64,000 nt of DNA from Marsupella aquatica (taxonomy: Eukaryota > Plantae > Marchantiophyta). Position 1 is the first letter of the stretch, and the number at the start of each line of letters is the position of its first letter. The stretch spans positions 8,393,832-8,457,831 of the forward strand of contig OZ316897.1 in NCBI GenBank assembly GCA_973895155.1, in the 5' to 3' direction. Below the pieces are notes generated by a model. The model was not told the origin of the DNA and searched no databases. It saw only the letters and a list, made by a program, of their open reading frames with translations. This document shows, piece after piece, positions 13,233 to 27,331 of the stretch. Both the position numbers and the translations under genes were made by a program.

Positions 13233-15759
13233 ATGGGGCGTCCGTCCAGCCAGATTTTGCTGCTGGTGACATTGATGTTGCTCGGGCTTTTCTCGAGCTC
13301 AGCTGCGGTGTCCGTTTCAGATTCGCTTGCTTCCGTACTTCGGCTCGTGTCGAGGGTTGCGCGAGACGAGACGGATGGGACGATTGCCGGCGTTGGAGAG
13401 GCTGAACAATGTGGCCCTAAGCTGACCATCGAGACTCCGTCGTGCAAGGTGGTAGAGGAACGCGATGGTTACGAGCTGCGTTTGTATCCCAAAGGCCAGG
13501 TTAGTGTCCTCGCTGTTGTCTGCCGTGTATGTGCACAGCCCTCGTCTTTCTGATTTTAGTCCGTTCGTCTACCTGTTTATCTGTCCAATTTTGGAATTGT
13601 CGTGGAAAGCAATCTTTTCGTGATGATGGAAGAGGAACTTTGGGGAGTGGGGTCGTATTTGTTCTGAGGTAAGAGAGATAGACTTGAGACTTAGGGGTCA
13701 CTCCAACTATTCCTGTTGAACTATTTGAGCGGCAGGACTCCTTGGTTTCGAAGTAACGTGTCCTTTTTGCTTGGTGTTGTGGCCACGGTAGTCTTCTTTA
13801 CTAAAAGGAAAGGATTAAGGCTGAATCATTGGTCATAGCTTTCTTGAAGGGGTACTCATGCTCATAAGTCTCAGGTCCCAGCTATGGGTCCGGAAGCATG
13901 CTTGGATGATGAAGTTGTCGTTCAAAGCTTTAAAGGATTATCCAACACCGTTCCTAAGTGGAGGCCTATGCTTTATGCAGTAGAGGACGGAGTCCATAGA
14001 AATCTTGCCGAAGCCAGTTGTACCTAATGCTCTTTAGTTGACAATGCGCCTTTTTTTTCCTACAAATGTAATATCTTCCTTCAATCGCTTCAGTGAGTCT
14101 TTCTGACCAGATATAGTCTGTCCGAATCAAGATCAAACTCAAGTGGGTGTGTCTTTTGGCAAAAATGCCCCAGCGTAAATCAGAGTGAACCCTGAGTATC
14201 TCGTACTGCAGAAAACTACCTATCTACGCTCCCAATTCGTGGGACGAACCGGATGTATGTACCAGGAATTTCAATTCAATGTACCAGTTGTTTTCTGAAC
14301 TATGTCCTTTATGAGTGACAAAGTAGTCCTTTCACCCCTTCGCCTTGTTAATTTTCCCTTCGGATAGATTTACCTGTCATCGTAATCGTATCTACAAAGG
14401 TTAGAGTTTCTATGTAAGCCCCGGATACGTACATAATTTGTCGGAAACTCTATTGTAGATTTACATAGACTCAATGTTATATAGGATGTGCTCAGAGCGA
14501 GCGCAGTTTGAACATGGCAGCAATTCTTTGTTCAAATTTTTTGCGTCACAATCCCAAGGGGTTAGGACAGTAGGACCAACAGTTTTGGAAATTAGGCGGC
14601 TTGTAAATTAGTAAATTACTATAGCTTTTCCTGATTTCAAAATAAGTAAATATTTTTTATGTTCCGTGTTTGTTTTGTAAGCTACCTGGAGAAAGAGATG
14701 GTCTAACAAAAGCTGATGACTTGGTGCCAGCAAGTGGAATACAATAGGATCTGTTGAAGGGACCTTTTGTTGTCCACGGGGAAGTGTCTAACGTGAATGT
14801 TTCGGTTTTCATTTTTCGTTTTGCAGATCTGGGTTCAGGCAACTGTAGAAAATTCCACATTCTATGTTGCCTCGACCGTGGGGTTCCTTACGTGCTTTAA
14901 CTTTATCTCAGGACAAAATGAGAAGAAACAGGAGATTGAAATGACCGGGCCTGTTCTTATTAAGCCAATTCCTGAAAAGTCTGGTTACAGCATCTCCTTT
15001 TTCGCCCCCAGCAGGTAAACATTCTCGGTTTCACCGACTTCAAAATTCTTCACTGAATTGATTATCAAATCATAATTTTACTCTGCTTGAATGGTTGTGT
15101 GAAACGAGCAGGAGTGTCTGAACCTGAAACTTTCTTCGCTCCTTGCAATTAGTTCCAGTGTCTGATTTGTTGCAGCAAGTTACAGCAGAAAGTTTCACAG
15201 TGATCCCAATCTACCCAAAGCTAGATTTTAAACTCTTATAATCACCTGGGGTGCATCCGATGTAGTAAAAGTTTTCCTTCGATAGTCATTTAGTCTATTT
15301 CCATCCACAGTCGTCCTTGAAGATGTTTTAGGTCTCAGGGTGGACTCTAACCTCCCATTGTAAAAACCGATGAAGTCCATCCCCATATAGGAGTGCTGTC
15401 GTTCGTGCTGAGGGTGGCAGATAAACCTTCACCAGTAAAAGAAGATAGTCATCATGTTGCAAGCCGAATGACCAAATGATGTCCTTGATGTGTGCAGATT
15501 CGCTTCAGCTGATGATCTTCCAAGGCCAAATAGTTCCTCTGTGAAGTTTGTGGAAACGGCAAAAACTCTCAAGGCAGTGATTGGTCCTTTTGGTGGGTTT
15601 CCAACTGACTCAGACTACAAGAAGAAATGGCAGCAGCTGAAATCGGAACTTGACAAAGAAGGCATAGGATACGATGAGAGCAGCGTTGTTTATGCAGGTT
15701 ACAGTAGTCCGTTTGAGATATTTAATAGAAAGCAGGAAGTGCATGTCACACTTACATAA
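13233..15759 (+). CDS. SOUL/heme-binding family protein with N-terminal signal peptide. Exons: 13233-13499, 14827-15014, 15498-15759; 238 aa
   Basis: Hydrophobic leader ILLLVTLMLLGLFSSSAA. SOUL motifs IETPSCKVV..DGYELRLY, GF..CFNFISGQNEKKQEIEMTGPV, SISFFAP, LPRP, FGGF and AGYSSPFEIFNRKQEV. GT-AG introns in phases 0 and 2 give a 717-nt CDS. Confidence 0.93.
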
Positions 15760-16604
15760 GTTGACCAGCGGCTGGACTTCCAACCAGGTGGATGAAAGTA
15801 GTTTCGTCGTATGGAATCTTTAAACTGATTTTGAGGGCCCGAAATCTTGACGTAGTCGATCTTGAATATGAAGTTGGCTTCTCCATCGTCGAGGATGGAA
15901 TTTATTGTCTACTAGGCGAGAGGCAACTTCCGAGACCAGTCAGTGGTGTTTTTGGATAAAGAAAACGTTCTGAATAGTTTGAAATGTATCATTTTGTGTA
16001 TATTTTAATGTCTAGTGCAGTTGTAGACTAAAATTGTCTGAACAGCTATGTGCATTATTTGAAAACATAAAATGTGCCCCTGACTATATTCTATTCTAGG
16101 TTATTCACCTGAATGCTGAAGAGTTACTCTGATTTACTCCTCATCAATTGTTAGTTTGAATTTTTAGAATTTATCTTTGTACTAGGAAGACTTGCTTTCC
16201 ACTCGGCCGTTGATAAAAACGTTTTGTGAGTTATTGTGAGTTGTCTTAGCGACTCTCGATTCTTAAACAACCTATATTTTCTACACTCAACAACCCTTAG
16301 GTAGAATCTTCAGGTTCATTATAGGGTGGAATTTTCGTTTCTTTAAACGTCGGTCAGATTCGGCTGATGAAGATTTCGTTCATTCGACAATATGCCCATG
16401 CGAACTAGTCCTAAAAATGGTCCTTTCACATTCCGAAGAAAGGTAAACATCCTGAATGGCTCCCTTTTGACGCAAAGACCTCGGCAGACCAAAACTTCCT
16501 TGGACACCAAGGGTTTCCCCCTAAAGTAGTTTTCCCGCCAAGTCGTTTCGGTGTAGATGGAATATATATCTTAGCGAACAGCTCCAAACTGGGTAACAGG
16601 AACG

Positions 16605-17060
16605 CCAAGGCAGGAGACCCAGTACAGGGGAGACAGATGGGACCCAAACGTGGGAGATCCACTAAAGGGAAGAAAACAATGGAAGAAGAACAAGTAGCTG
16701 CGACCTGGAAGATAGGATCCCCAAAGGCGTGAGATCTAGTAAAGGCAAGAAACAACTGAATTTAAAGGCATGAGACCCAATCAATGGGAGAAAAACAGGA
16801 TCCTGAAGGCAGGAGACCAGTCAAGGGAAGAAAACAAGTGAAGAGGATCCCAAAGGTCGAGAGGGAACAGTATCTCCACAAAAGGGAAGAAAACAATGGA
16901 AGACGAACAAACAGCTGCAACCTGGAAGATAGGACCTCGAAGGCAGGAGACCCAGTAAAGGAAACAAAACAAGGGAAAGGAAACAAAATCTCCAAATTAA
17001 CAGACCTAGTAAACGGAAGGAAACAAGGGATAGAAAACAGGAAACCCGCTGAAGAGAAGA
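16605..17060. repeat. Purine-rich degenerate repeat (aaggcaggagacccagt motif, ~5 copies); probably TE-derived
   Basis: aaggcaggagacccagta, aaggcgtgagatctagta, aaggcatgagacccaat and aaggcaggagaccagtc recur, along with a duplicated acctggaagatagga. Confidence 0.6.
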
Positions 17061-17139
17061 AAGCAAACAAAAAAGAGAGAACCCAGGAAAGACAGTTTGT
17101 TCTAAAGGATTTCAGCGAGCTATCCTCGTCAAAGAGTCG

Positions 17140-17840
17140 TGTCGATTGATTGTCTCTGACATTTCTTCATTCTCCTAGGACTAAGAAATGGCTGCCAAAA
17201 ATTTTTCACAGTGATGAACACAGTATGCCATTTCAATTCTGGAACGGTACAACTTACTGTAGACGGATTCTCTGTTTGATATTTCTTCGTCCTCATAGGA
17301 CAAAGATATGGTGCCAAAAGTCTGTCACAACAATGGACATAGTAGTCTGTGCCCTTTCAATGTGAATTGGTACAACTAACTACTGTAAACTGATTCTCTC
17401 TCTGACATTTCTCTGTACTCATAGGATGAAGAAATGGTGCCAAAAGTCCATTACAGTGATGGAGAGGGTAGTTTACTCTGGGCTACTACGGTGTGTCAAA
17501 TTTTTCCAGTAACCAAAGTGTTATTACTTTATTTCTTTTGGATTATAGTATTTTATGCCTGAGCCATAAATGAATTACAGCTGTGCTTTGACTCGCCCTA
17601 TTGGGATACTGATACAACTTAACTGTAGATGGGTTCTCTGTGTGACATTTCTTGGGACTCATGGGAGGGTAGGACAAAGAAATGCTGCCAAAAGTCTTTC
17701 AAAGTGATGGACTGACAGTAATCTAGTCTGCAATTCTGAGTTGGTACAACTTAAATTGCAGATTGATTGATTTGTGACATTTCTTTGTACCCATAGGACA
17801 GTGAAATCACCACCAAAATGCCTTTTCACAGTGATGCACA
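17140..17840. repeat. ~125-bp degenerate tandem repeat, ~5 copies
   Basis: Recurring gattctct..tgacatttct...cataggac.aaga.atgg.tgccaaaagtc...cagtgatgga...ggtacaact. Confidence 0.8.
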
Positions 17841-20800
17841 GTGATTAAAACTTTGGCTGAAATCGGAGCCAGAACTCTTCGATAGTCAAGAACAACCGGT
17901 CATCCTAAAGTAACGGCTGGGATGAGATCTCAGTCTAGGAAAGGAAGGAATGCAGTGAGTCCGGTTGTTCTTGTAAAGCCCCCTAAAATAATGACTGGGA
18001 TGACATCTCTGTCTAGAAAAGGAAGGAACACAGTGCGTCAGGTTGTTCTTGTAAAGGCCCCCTCATTGTGTCTTTTAATATTGGTGACATTCCCATTCCC
18101 ACCTCTTGTGTTCCCAGACTGGGCCCACTGCTAGGTTGAGGGTCATCTAGAGGAAGGCAAAAATTTGCAGGAACAAATATGTTGCACAACATTGAGTAAA
18201 AGGTCTAATAGGCTCGTTTAGGATATTGCAATGCCAACTATGTAACGCCACGAGTGTACTATTAATTGTTGCCTAATGTTCCAATTTAACAATGACCTAA
18301 AAATTGCAATTCAAGTACATTACCTTTACTTTATTTACTCATTCCCCTTTTAATAATGTACTGTAAAAGAAATAGCAAGAAGTTTTTGTCATTTTTGAAT
18401 TCCCTACTCTGACGATAAATTAACATGGTCAACACAAGTGGTCTATAATTATATATTTGACGCCCCCCCCCCCCCCCCCCACACACATCCTCCTTCGCAG
18501 CACCAAAACAAAACGCATAGTTATTTGTAAAATATCCTGCTCTGTGCATGTTTTGAAGGCTTTGCAGATTCTCCAAAGCATCTCTTCATGTGAACAAGAA
18601 TAAATAGCAAAAGGTAGTGTGGTGCCACCAGCTTTTTTTGTGGTATATTTGCGATACCACTTGCGATCCTGGCATAATTTAAATACTTGTGTTCTATAAC
18701 AAGGAACAGATTTCAAGAAAAATACTTATCCTTGACTTTTAGCGTCCTATACAAGGTATATATTAGTGAATATTCTAATGTTTAATTGCATATTCTCTTC
18801 TTTTACCCTCCAATGCTTTCTAAGACTTTTGTAAATATCACTCCAATATACTATTTTTTGTCACAGTGGTATACAGATTTCAGTAGTCTACCCCAGCTTC
18901 ACTGAAGGAGGCATTCACCACCCTGGCAAAAAGAAAAACCTTAGAAACTACCATGGGTAACACACATGCCCACCAGTTGCATTTTTTAAGGATGCCCTGC
19001 GACGCTATACCCAGAATCAGCTGAAGAACTGGCACCCCACCCCTTGTACAGCTGACCGTCACCTAGAAGATGAGACACTTATTTGATGGACCCTCAAAAT
19101 GGTGTTACTTGATGGACCCCATGGTACAAGTGATCTAGATGGTTGATAGATCTTAAATCAACTTACCCAAAGCCTCATGGGTTTGTGGTGGAGTAAACTT
19201 TGGTTTATATGTCCATCAAGCAATATCTCCCTAGAAGATAGTTCACACTGCCTCAAATGGCTCATAAAAACCAACATCAGCCCTCTCCTCAGAAAAGAAG
19301 GATTTTGCACAAATTCTCCACCATCATGAAGTGATAGTTTCATCTACTGCAAGAATTCTACTCGCTCAGGCTGGCTGTACAAGAATGACAAGATGGTCAC
19401 ATTCCTTTCTCCCACACCAAAATGAGTGGATGAGTCTGAGAGCTAAATTTGGGGCTCCAAACTTGAAACCAAGGGAAGCGCCAGTGTCTGCACTGCATTC
19501 AAATAGAATAGATGGAGACTGAGGACAACCCAAATTACCCCCAGTTCTTTTAAGGTGATGTAAAGTATATCCTACAAGAAGAAATGAGGGAATGTTTTCA
19601 CCTCGCCCCAGTGGGTGCCATGCCAGGTGCCATTGAGGATCAAAGTTTCTCAATCTATACGGCTGCCACCCTCCTTGGGGCATTTACTTGATGGAACCCC
19701 AAAAGTGAAACATGTTACTTGATAGGACCCCTGAAGGTTTGGGTACATTGATTCAGGGTCAATTCATGGTCTGGATCACTCAGGTTTGACCTGATGCTAT
19801 CCTGGTCCAAACCGCTGAACTTCACAAGCGCGCACCGGGGCGTGCACAAATGTGTTGCTTGATCAGATCCCTGAGTTCAGGTTCAAATCTAAGTTCCTCA
19901 TCTATTTGGCAAAGCAGCTCCTCATCTTGAACAGCATTGAGGTCCCATCAAGCAATTCTCTCCCCCTCCTCTAGAGTCAAAAGCTCCGTACACGGTTGAG
20001 ACTTAATCTAAGTGGGGAAAAAGAGGAACACCTGCCTCATCATTCCTGTAAAGCCCCCCTAAGATGCTTCACTGAAATTGGTGTTTAATTTTTAATTTTT
20101 TAATAACGGGAACCCGCCCAAAAGCAAGTCACACAAACTTGGTGTTTATTTGAGTTCACTGATACCTCAAGATTCAAGATGTATGATAAGATAGTTTGCA
20201 ATATTCAGATATTTTGGGTCATGGTAGGTAACATATGGTTTTATTCTGGGAACTACTTAGTTTTCTCTTATGCTGGGGTCCATGCTTGTGGCTTGTGCTC
20301 TCAATAGTGTGCAACAAAATGCTGCTATTTCTTTCACACTAGCTTGTTTCATGTTTCAGTGGACAAAAGCTGTGGCATCACTTGAGCTTGTGCGGACTTG
20401 AAATTTTACTTCTGCACTGTGGATTGTGTGTCAAAGAGTTTATCAATTGCTAACATCATGATTGAGATTTAGAATAGATTTGCTTCTCCCATTTAAGATG
20501 CTTGTATTTAAAGAATTGGAAAGAGGCACTGGTCCAGATTCTGCTCAATCTACATCTTGTTGGAGTTTCCTTCCATTTGAACTACCTTAGTCTGCATGAC
20601 CTACAATAACAGCATGCTTCATATATATGTGGTGCAAGTGAGGAGCTGGAAGGAGAAGTGATAGTAAGTTATAATCAGATTAATTTGTGGGAATCTTCAG
20701 CTAAATGAAGAGCTTCATAATTGTGTAAAATGTAAACTCACATACTTTTGTGGTGTAAGCTAGATGAAGGTCCTCACATTTTGTCCATGAAAATGTTATG

Positions 20801-21249
20801 GAAGGGAAACCACCCAAGTCCTCATTGAGTGAACCCATCTAAGAAACTGGGATCCTTAGGGAGGGTAATAAGGTGTGTGTGGGTAGAAAGGGTCTAAACA
20901 GACGGCCAACAAATTAAACAACAGTGAAAAGGGCTAGTGTTTTGGGGTCTGGTGTTCAATATGGGTTTCAACAATATTAAGGCAGTTGTTCCAATTGACT
21001 AACCTACCCACAGATACAACATGAATACTTTGATAAACCATTTCTCAAATTTCGATAGAGTCTTTGTGTGGAAGGTTAATGGGCTGTAACCCCCTGGACA
21101 GCCTAGCCCAGGGGTACCATATATAGCCATAACTTGGATCACAATCTTTGATTGCAGAAAAGTTATTATAACTTGTTTCCAGACTTTTGTGGGTTGCCAC
21201 TAAAAGATTTCTAAACCAAAGAGTTTTTGCAGCCTACTATTTGGTTATT

Positions 21250-21790
21250 TTCACTCACACCGAGCCAAAACATGTGTTTGCGCCCAATTTAAACAGACAA
21301 AATTGTTTTCCAGGGCATATTGCCTCATAGAAAGTTTCAAGCTGTCATGCCTGGAATTTGATTTTCTTCCCATTCCCCAAAATGGCCCGCCTATTTTTCC
21401 ATCCCACCATTTTAAGGATATCCGGGTGACTTTACAAGACAGTGGGGGCACTTGTGATTTTTGTTCACCAAAGTAATGTGGAGAGCCACTTCTTTATTCT
21501 AGACATAGACTTCATACCAAAAATCTTTTTAAATGAACTTCAATAAATGCAAATCCCTAGCCAAAGCTTGGAAATATTTGGACCACCATTGGAGGTGGAC
21601 TAAATTTCTAGACAAAAGCACTCCACATCATCATTTAGTTGGGTCCACTACTTGCCATGTAGGGTTGGTAGACACACCCAAATGGCCCCAAGTTCTTGTA
21701 AAGCAACAACAAGAGCTTCACTCATTATGCCCTCTAGATGTTATATTTGCAGGGAATGAAAAGAAGACAAACTGCCCTCACTTTTTGTAA
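21250..21790 (-). mobile_element. Decayed MuDR/MULE transposase N-terminal fragment
   Basis: LKLSMRQYALENNFVC...HVLARC resembles the MuDR DNA-binding (DBD_Tnp_Mut) consensus. An upstream WTQLNDDV segment resembles the PB1-like region that precedes it. Many stops. Confidence 0.5.
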
Positions 21791-23542
21791 AGGTACCCAC
21801 ACATTATTGTACTAGAAGCGAAAAAAATATCTTTTTTTATGGTGGGAATCTAAGTAACACTACAGTAAGACAGCTCCACAGGAAGTCCGTTCCCTGATTT
21901 AATGCTTGGAACTATTACAAAGAAACAAGAGAAAACGTTGAAAGTCATTTAGGTATGGTAACCCATCCCCTGCCTAGGGAAATGGGCTCATCTACCAGAT
22001 TACAAAAATTGAGTATGGGGAAATGGGCCCTCCAGGTTAAAGCCCTTGTCCCCCTCCAGGGGATGGATCACCAGACTTATTTATTGTGATCTGGACTGGG
22101 ATCGTTATATTCAATAAGGCTCAGGCCCACACTGACCACCCCTACCAGGTGCTTTTGATATATGATAATGTAAATCAAAGGCTGGATCTAACCTGCTCAT
22201 ATTCTTCTTTATGCAATGATTCAAAGCGAGCACTAACCCCATCTCTGGTCTGTCACCTATCAAGGGGCCCATGTTTGACCATCCTTGCACCTAGTGTAGC
22301 TATCACTTTGGCAATGGAACCATTTCTGTCCAAAAAGATTCAAAACCATTTTCAGTTGTCTCTCTCTAAGCGCGCAGTACATAAATGCAAAACCTGGATA
22401 ACTATAACTAATCCATTCTTCCCTTTTCTCCGTGGAGTTTACATTTTACTTGCACCTTTTGCAAGTGCAATCTGGTCTGATTTTCTTTGCTAAACAGCAA
22501 CTTTAGCACTAACTCAGAATCTAATACTAAACAAACTTGAAGACCAATGGATGTCCCAAAACTTTTGGATGATCCTCATGAAACCAATCAGATGAAAGAC
22601 ATTGAAGAGAAAAGAGAAAAGAAAAAAGTGAATTAGGATTTGTGGACAAAAGAAAGAGAGAAGATGGGTGGGAGGTCCTGGTACGTGATTTCTTAAAGCT
22701 CAACAAGTTTAACTGGAAACAAATTAGTGGTTAAAGCTTAACAGAAAGCTCAACTAAATGGAAACTTGCAACCGCAAATTTCTGGGCTTTTGTTGAGCTT
22801 TAGTTTAAAATTAGCCACCAATTATTGAAATCTGATATGTTCATTGACTGATGGATTGAAATCTAGTAGTAGAAGCATTGTGGTGCAATTATGTTGGCTT
22901 GAACTGCATAAAAATCCAGCAACGAGGACAAGGACAATAGAAAATACTAAGGAAAATACAAAGGCGGGAGTCATTCATTCAGATTTTATGTGTCACAATA
23001 TTATAAGGTTTTGAAAGAGTATTTTTTTACTCCTTTAATAAGCACCTTGTCGGAATTGTCAAAGCATCGTCCCGCCCTTCAAACAGTCAAAATCAAAATG
23101 ATTGGGCTTCACCCAAATCCCAATATTACTGATTTTTTCTTGTATTTTGTGATGGAGTTTTTGAAACTGGAAAATGCTACAAAGGTCTACGAGGGGAAAG
23201 GTTTTAAACCCACCTAATATTTACTTATAGATTAAAATCATTGAAAGCCTTAGGTCTTTTCTGATCTTCAAAACAACATCACATCTGGTGAATCTAACTA
23301 TAGCTAAGGCGAATTTGGCCTGCTTAGTATTTGTTCCCCAAAGTTTTCTTTGTATCATTTCACCAGGAGCTGGAGTAGGGAAGATTTTGGCAGTATTTAG
23401 CAAATTAAAAAATCACTTCCAACATCGGTTATTACTGTAGTATCATCTTGGTTTGTGCAACAATTTATTAATTACTAAAAAAGTTGTACATGACTATCAA
23501 AATATTTTAAAGTGTGGATGAATCAAAATCATTTTGTGATGC

Positions 23543-23636
23543 AAATTTAAGAATGTTCTGAGTGAGCATTTTGATGCAAATACTGATTTCCTTTTGAATT
23601 TGCATCAAAATGCTCACTCAGAACATTCTTAAATTT
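23543..23636. repeat. Perfect 39-bp inverted repeat with 16-nt loop
   Basis: 23543-23581 (aaatttaagaatgttctgagtgagcattttgatgcaaat) is the exact reverse complement of 23598-23636. Confidence 0.97.
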
Positions 23637-24049
23637 CATTTTGCAAATATGAATTATTTTGAAAATTACAAAGGAACTAAAACAGGAGAACATGTATTGA
23701 CTTCCTTCGAGCATAAAAACATACATATATAGAGGTCCACAAACTAACTGGCAGTGTGATATAGATACATGCATTGGAAAATCTCAGACAATAGAATACC
23801 GTTCTCATATTAACAGCCATTAAGGGTGGCTCTACAAGATGTTGAGGGACTGTTACTTCTTTTTATTTCCTTTGAATCTGTAAAGTACAATGAGTGACTT
23901 GCAGTTGGCTATACATGAACTTTGGCGTCATTTAAGTTTGGTGTATATTGATCCTACATGGCAAGCAGTGATCCCAAGAAAATGTTCATATTGAGTGTTT
24001 TTTTTGTCTACTTAGAGTTTAAACCACCTGGAGAGTAAAAACATCTCCT

Positions 24050-24960
24050 TTATTCAACAAATCTGTGTTTATTAAATCTTGTTGTCAAATTAAATTGGTC
24101 TGCAGTCTGTTTTGGAACAAGAAGTGGCACTCCAGTTTGCTTCCATTGGTGAAAAAAAGTCACAATTCCCTCCAATGTCTTGGAAAGCCGCCCTACCCTA
24201 AGGTGCAACACAAGTGGGAACTGGTTTTTCCTGAGATCTGAATGGAAAAAGTGGGAGTTAAAAATCAGATTATTCAAGCGGTATCCTACCAAACAAATTC
24301 TCCATTTTCTGTGGCACTAAGCCTCCAAGAGTGCCAATTCATCTGGTATTCCCGGCTCCAACATATTGGTTGAGAGCTGACTTCTGGCTGGATTGATTAT
24401 GATATTTGGTATTAGGGTTTCATTCCCAAGTTATGTATAGCTCTTCTTGCCTTCCTCAGCCATTTGGTTTTGGCCTAGCAGGGTGCGTTCATTTCTGGTG
24501 CATCGTTCTCTCTTTGGAGATGTGTAATGCCCGTAGCGCTCAAGTATTTCATTGTGTTATAAAATGCGTTTTCCCCACCCGAGGGTCTATGCCAGTTGCA
24601 CAGCAGAGATCCCCGGGTGGAGTTTTTTTGTCTTTCCCATCCCATAAAAAATTCAACAAATGGGTGCAAAAAGGCTGAATCAATATGATTCATAACAAGG
24701 GCTCACTCACATTTGAACTTTGCTGTCCCAGCTCTTGGTCTTTGCCCAGGATTTTTTTGCCTGGGTTCGTTTCTCTAATTTGGGCCATGTCGTCTGTTTT
24801 AGAAAAGTTGGACTCCCCCATCCAAGCCTTTTCAACCAGTTGTGGAGTTTCTTCGCTCGGGGCTATGCTTTCTTTACCCCCATTAAGCAACTGTTGAAAT
24901 GGAAGCACATGACCCAAACCATATCCAGCCCCCAATAATTCTAAGGCCATATACAAAAGA
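24050..24960 (-). mobile_element. Decayed L1-type LINE ORF2 fragment (EN-RT linker)
   Basis: LVEKAW, NSHFFHS (compare GD.NS.FFH) and IVTFFHQW resemble L1 linker motifs. Frames are broken by stops and frameshifts. Confidence 0.45.
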
Positions 24961-25229
24961 GGGTAGAATTTTGGGGGGCATGCCCTCTTTCAAAAAAAAA
25001 AAAAGATTCAAGAAAATTAAATAATATACCCAGTACACCCACTCAATGTTCCTATGATGAATGCAAAGTATACACAGCTGGACACATATGTTAGATTTGA
25101 CTGGGGACGGATAGGCTGTTCACCATCCTTTCAAATAAGAATATAGAATTAAAAAAAATCCCTGAAGAAAATAATTCTTAAGTGATATAATGTTTTTAAT
25201 CCACAACATATTTGTATGACAATTCGCCT

Positions 25230-25930
25230 AATCTACCCGCCCACCAACCTTCCCCCACACCCAGTGAGAGAGCGAAAACTTGAACCTGTTGGCCCCAAGT
25301 CCCAACCCCTTGGCCACCTGATTCCACTTCCCTTCCAATAAGGAAATAAAGGGACCCTACTGGAGGTTTTTTCAAGGCTTGTTTTAGGGCTTGTTTTAAG
25401 GCACGGCCTACTCCACACACCCACCAGTTTGTTTTAAGGTTTGTCTTTTAAGGCATAAACAAACTAGACTTGGTCTAATCCACACACCCACCGGTCTGTT
25501 TTAAGGCTTGTTTTAAGGCATACAAATTTAGACTTGGCCTAATCCACACACCCCACCGCTTGTTTTAAGGTTTGTTTTAAAGCAAAAACAAATTCATCAA
25601 ACGTGGTTTAAAGCGTTAAAAAAAGCATTAAAAATTTTGACGTGACCTAATCCCCAACCTTCCCCCACTGGCGACGGAGGCTTGTTTTGAAGGTTGCTTA
25701 ATGGCATAAAAATATTAGACTTGACCTAATCCACACACCCACCAACCTTCCCCCACAGGCCCACACCCAGTGAGACATGGGACCTTGAATGTGTTGACCC
25801 CAAGTCACACTTTCTGGGCCACCTGGCTCACCTACCAGCCTTGTCCTACACCCAGTGAGAGAGGGGACCTTGACCTAAGTCCCATTCCCTTGGCCACCTG
25901 ACCAGCCTATGAGGCCCCACTGAAGTGATT
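25230..25930. repeat. Degenerate tandem repeats (ctaatccacacacccacc / ttgttttaaggc), TE subterminal-like
   Basis: Motifs recur at least 5 times with ~65-70 bp spacing. Confidence 0.7.
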
Positions 25931-27287
25931 ACTTTTCATTACTCTTCGACACATCTATTGACATATGGCTCAAGGCCACTAGGCCCCCACTGGACTGCTT
26001 ACTTTTCATTAGCTTGACATCATTCTTGACATGTGGCTCCATACCTGGCTTGTACACAGTTGTCGCGTGCCCTTTGCCAGCAGATAATGGATTTTTCAAT
26101 AACATGGAAAGAGGGTTTGTTTTGACCAATTGTTTATTGAACTTTTCACCAGAGTGAGAGCGAAGTCACTGATATCTATAAAATAAGGGAACCCCTTCGC
26201 CACGCCTCCAAAACCCAACAAACCAAAAAGGGAGGCTTTCGTAGATATCATCAAAAGTTTTTATTGATATAATTATGGTTCTCTCGGGCAAGGAGGTGGG
26301 TTTCTACTTTTTTCCTCCGAAGAAAATGGGCAAGAGAAAGGGGGTGGGTGCCCCAGATGTTCTAAAAGGGCCCTGATTACACCTAGGTTTAAAGCAACCC
26401 AAGTGGCCTAGCTCATCATCAAAATTTGTAAAGAGTAAAAGAAAGGGGGTTGGTGTATAGATCTTCTATGGAGGCCTCATTACACCTCGGTTCAAAGCAA
26501 CCAAAGCGGCTTAGGGATAAAGGCCAATAGCGTATTCATCATCAAAATTTGTTGAGCAGCAAATGGTATGTTTATAACTCCCTACATTCCTACAGTACCT
26601 CCCCCAAAGAAAATAACCTCATTAAAGTACACGAAAAGCTAGGGCCACTTTTCCAGGTGGGAAAGTTTCTGTAACGGTGGCCAAGATTCCAGCTATGTCC
26701 ACTGTTTAAGGTGAAGAAGTATCTGTAACGGTGGCCAAGATTGCTGCCTTAGGGAGGCAGTACACCTTCCTGGGATATATGTCAACATATAATCTTATTC
26801 TATTGGAGACCTTTTTGCCATTGTAGCATCTACAACTCATGAGTGAACTCAATTGATTGCACATCACCCACAAAACATATATAAAATTGCCAGAGAACAA
26901 AATTACTGCCTTGGCTCTTCAAACTTATTTGGTTTGCGCAGTGGCTTGCCCTAACCGGCCGTGCTGCTACCATACTGTGAGGGCAGTGGCTCGGCCGCAA
27001 GGGCAGCGGCTCAGTTCTGGCTCGTCAAACTCCTTGCGCATCATGGAAGATAGACTAAAACATTTTAGTGCTTGCTTCAAGACAAACTAAGTAACCATGT
27101 TCCGCAATGAGCCGGCTATATGAGCTCAATCCAGTGCATATACTTACAACAAACTGCCAAAAAAGAAAAGTGATGGGTGAACTACACTCACACAAAGTAA
27201 ACATAGTAAAAAATAATGAAAACATATAAAACTACACACTAACATAGCCAGCTGAATGCCCTCACTAACGAGTGAGTCAATTCATTG

Positions 27288-27331
27288 CTAGTGATATCAC
27301 TAACGAGGACCATCGTTAGTGATATTACTAG
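27288..27331. repeat. 19-bp stem hairpin (1 mismatch, 6-nt loop)
   Basis: ctagtgatatcactaacga-ggacca-tcgttagtgatattactag. Confidence 0.85.

Noticed and set aside
19158-19343. LHDGGEFVQNP resembling the PB1-like domain of MULE proteins
   Set aside because: A single short motif with no supporting downstream similarity.
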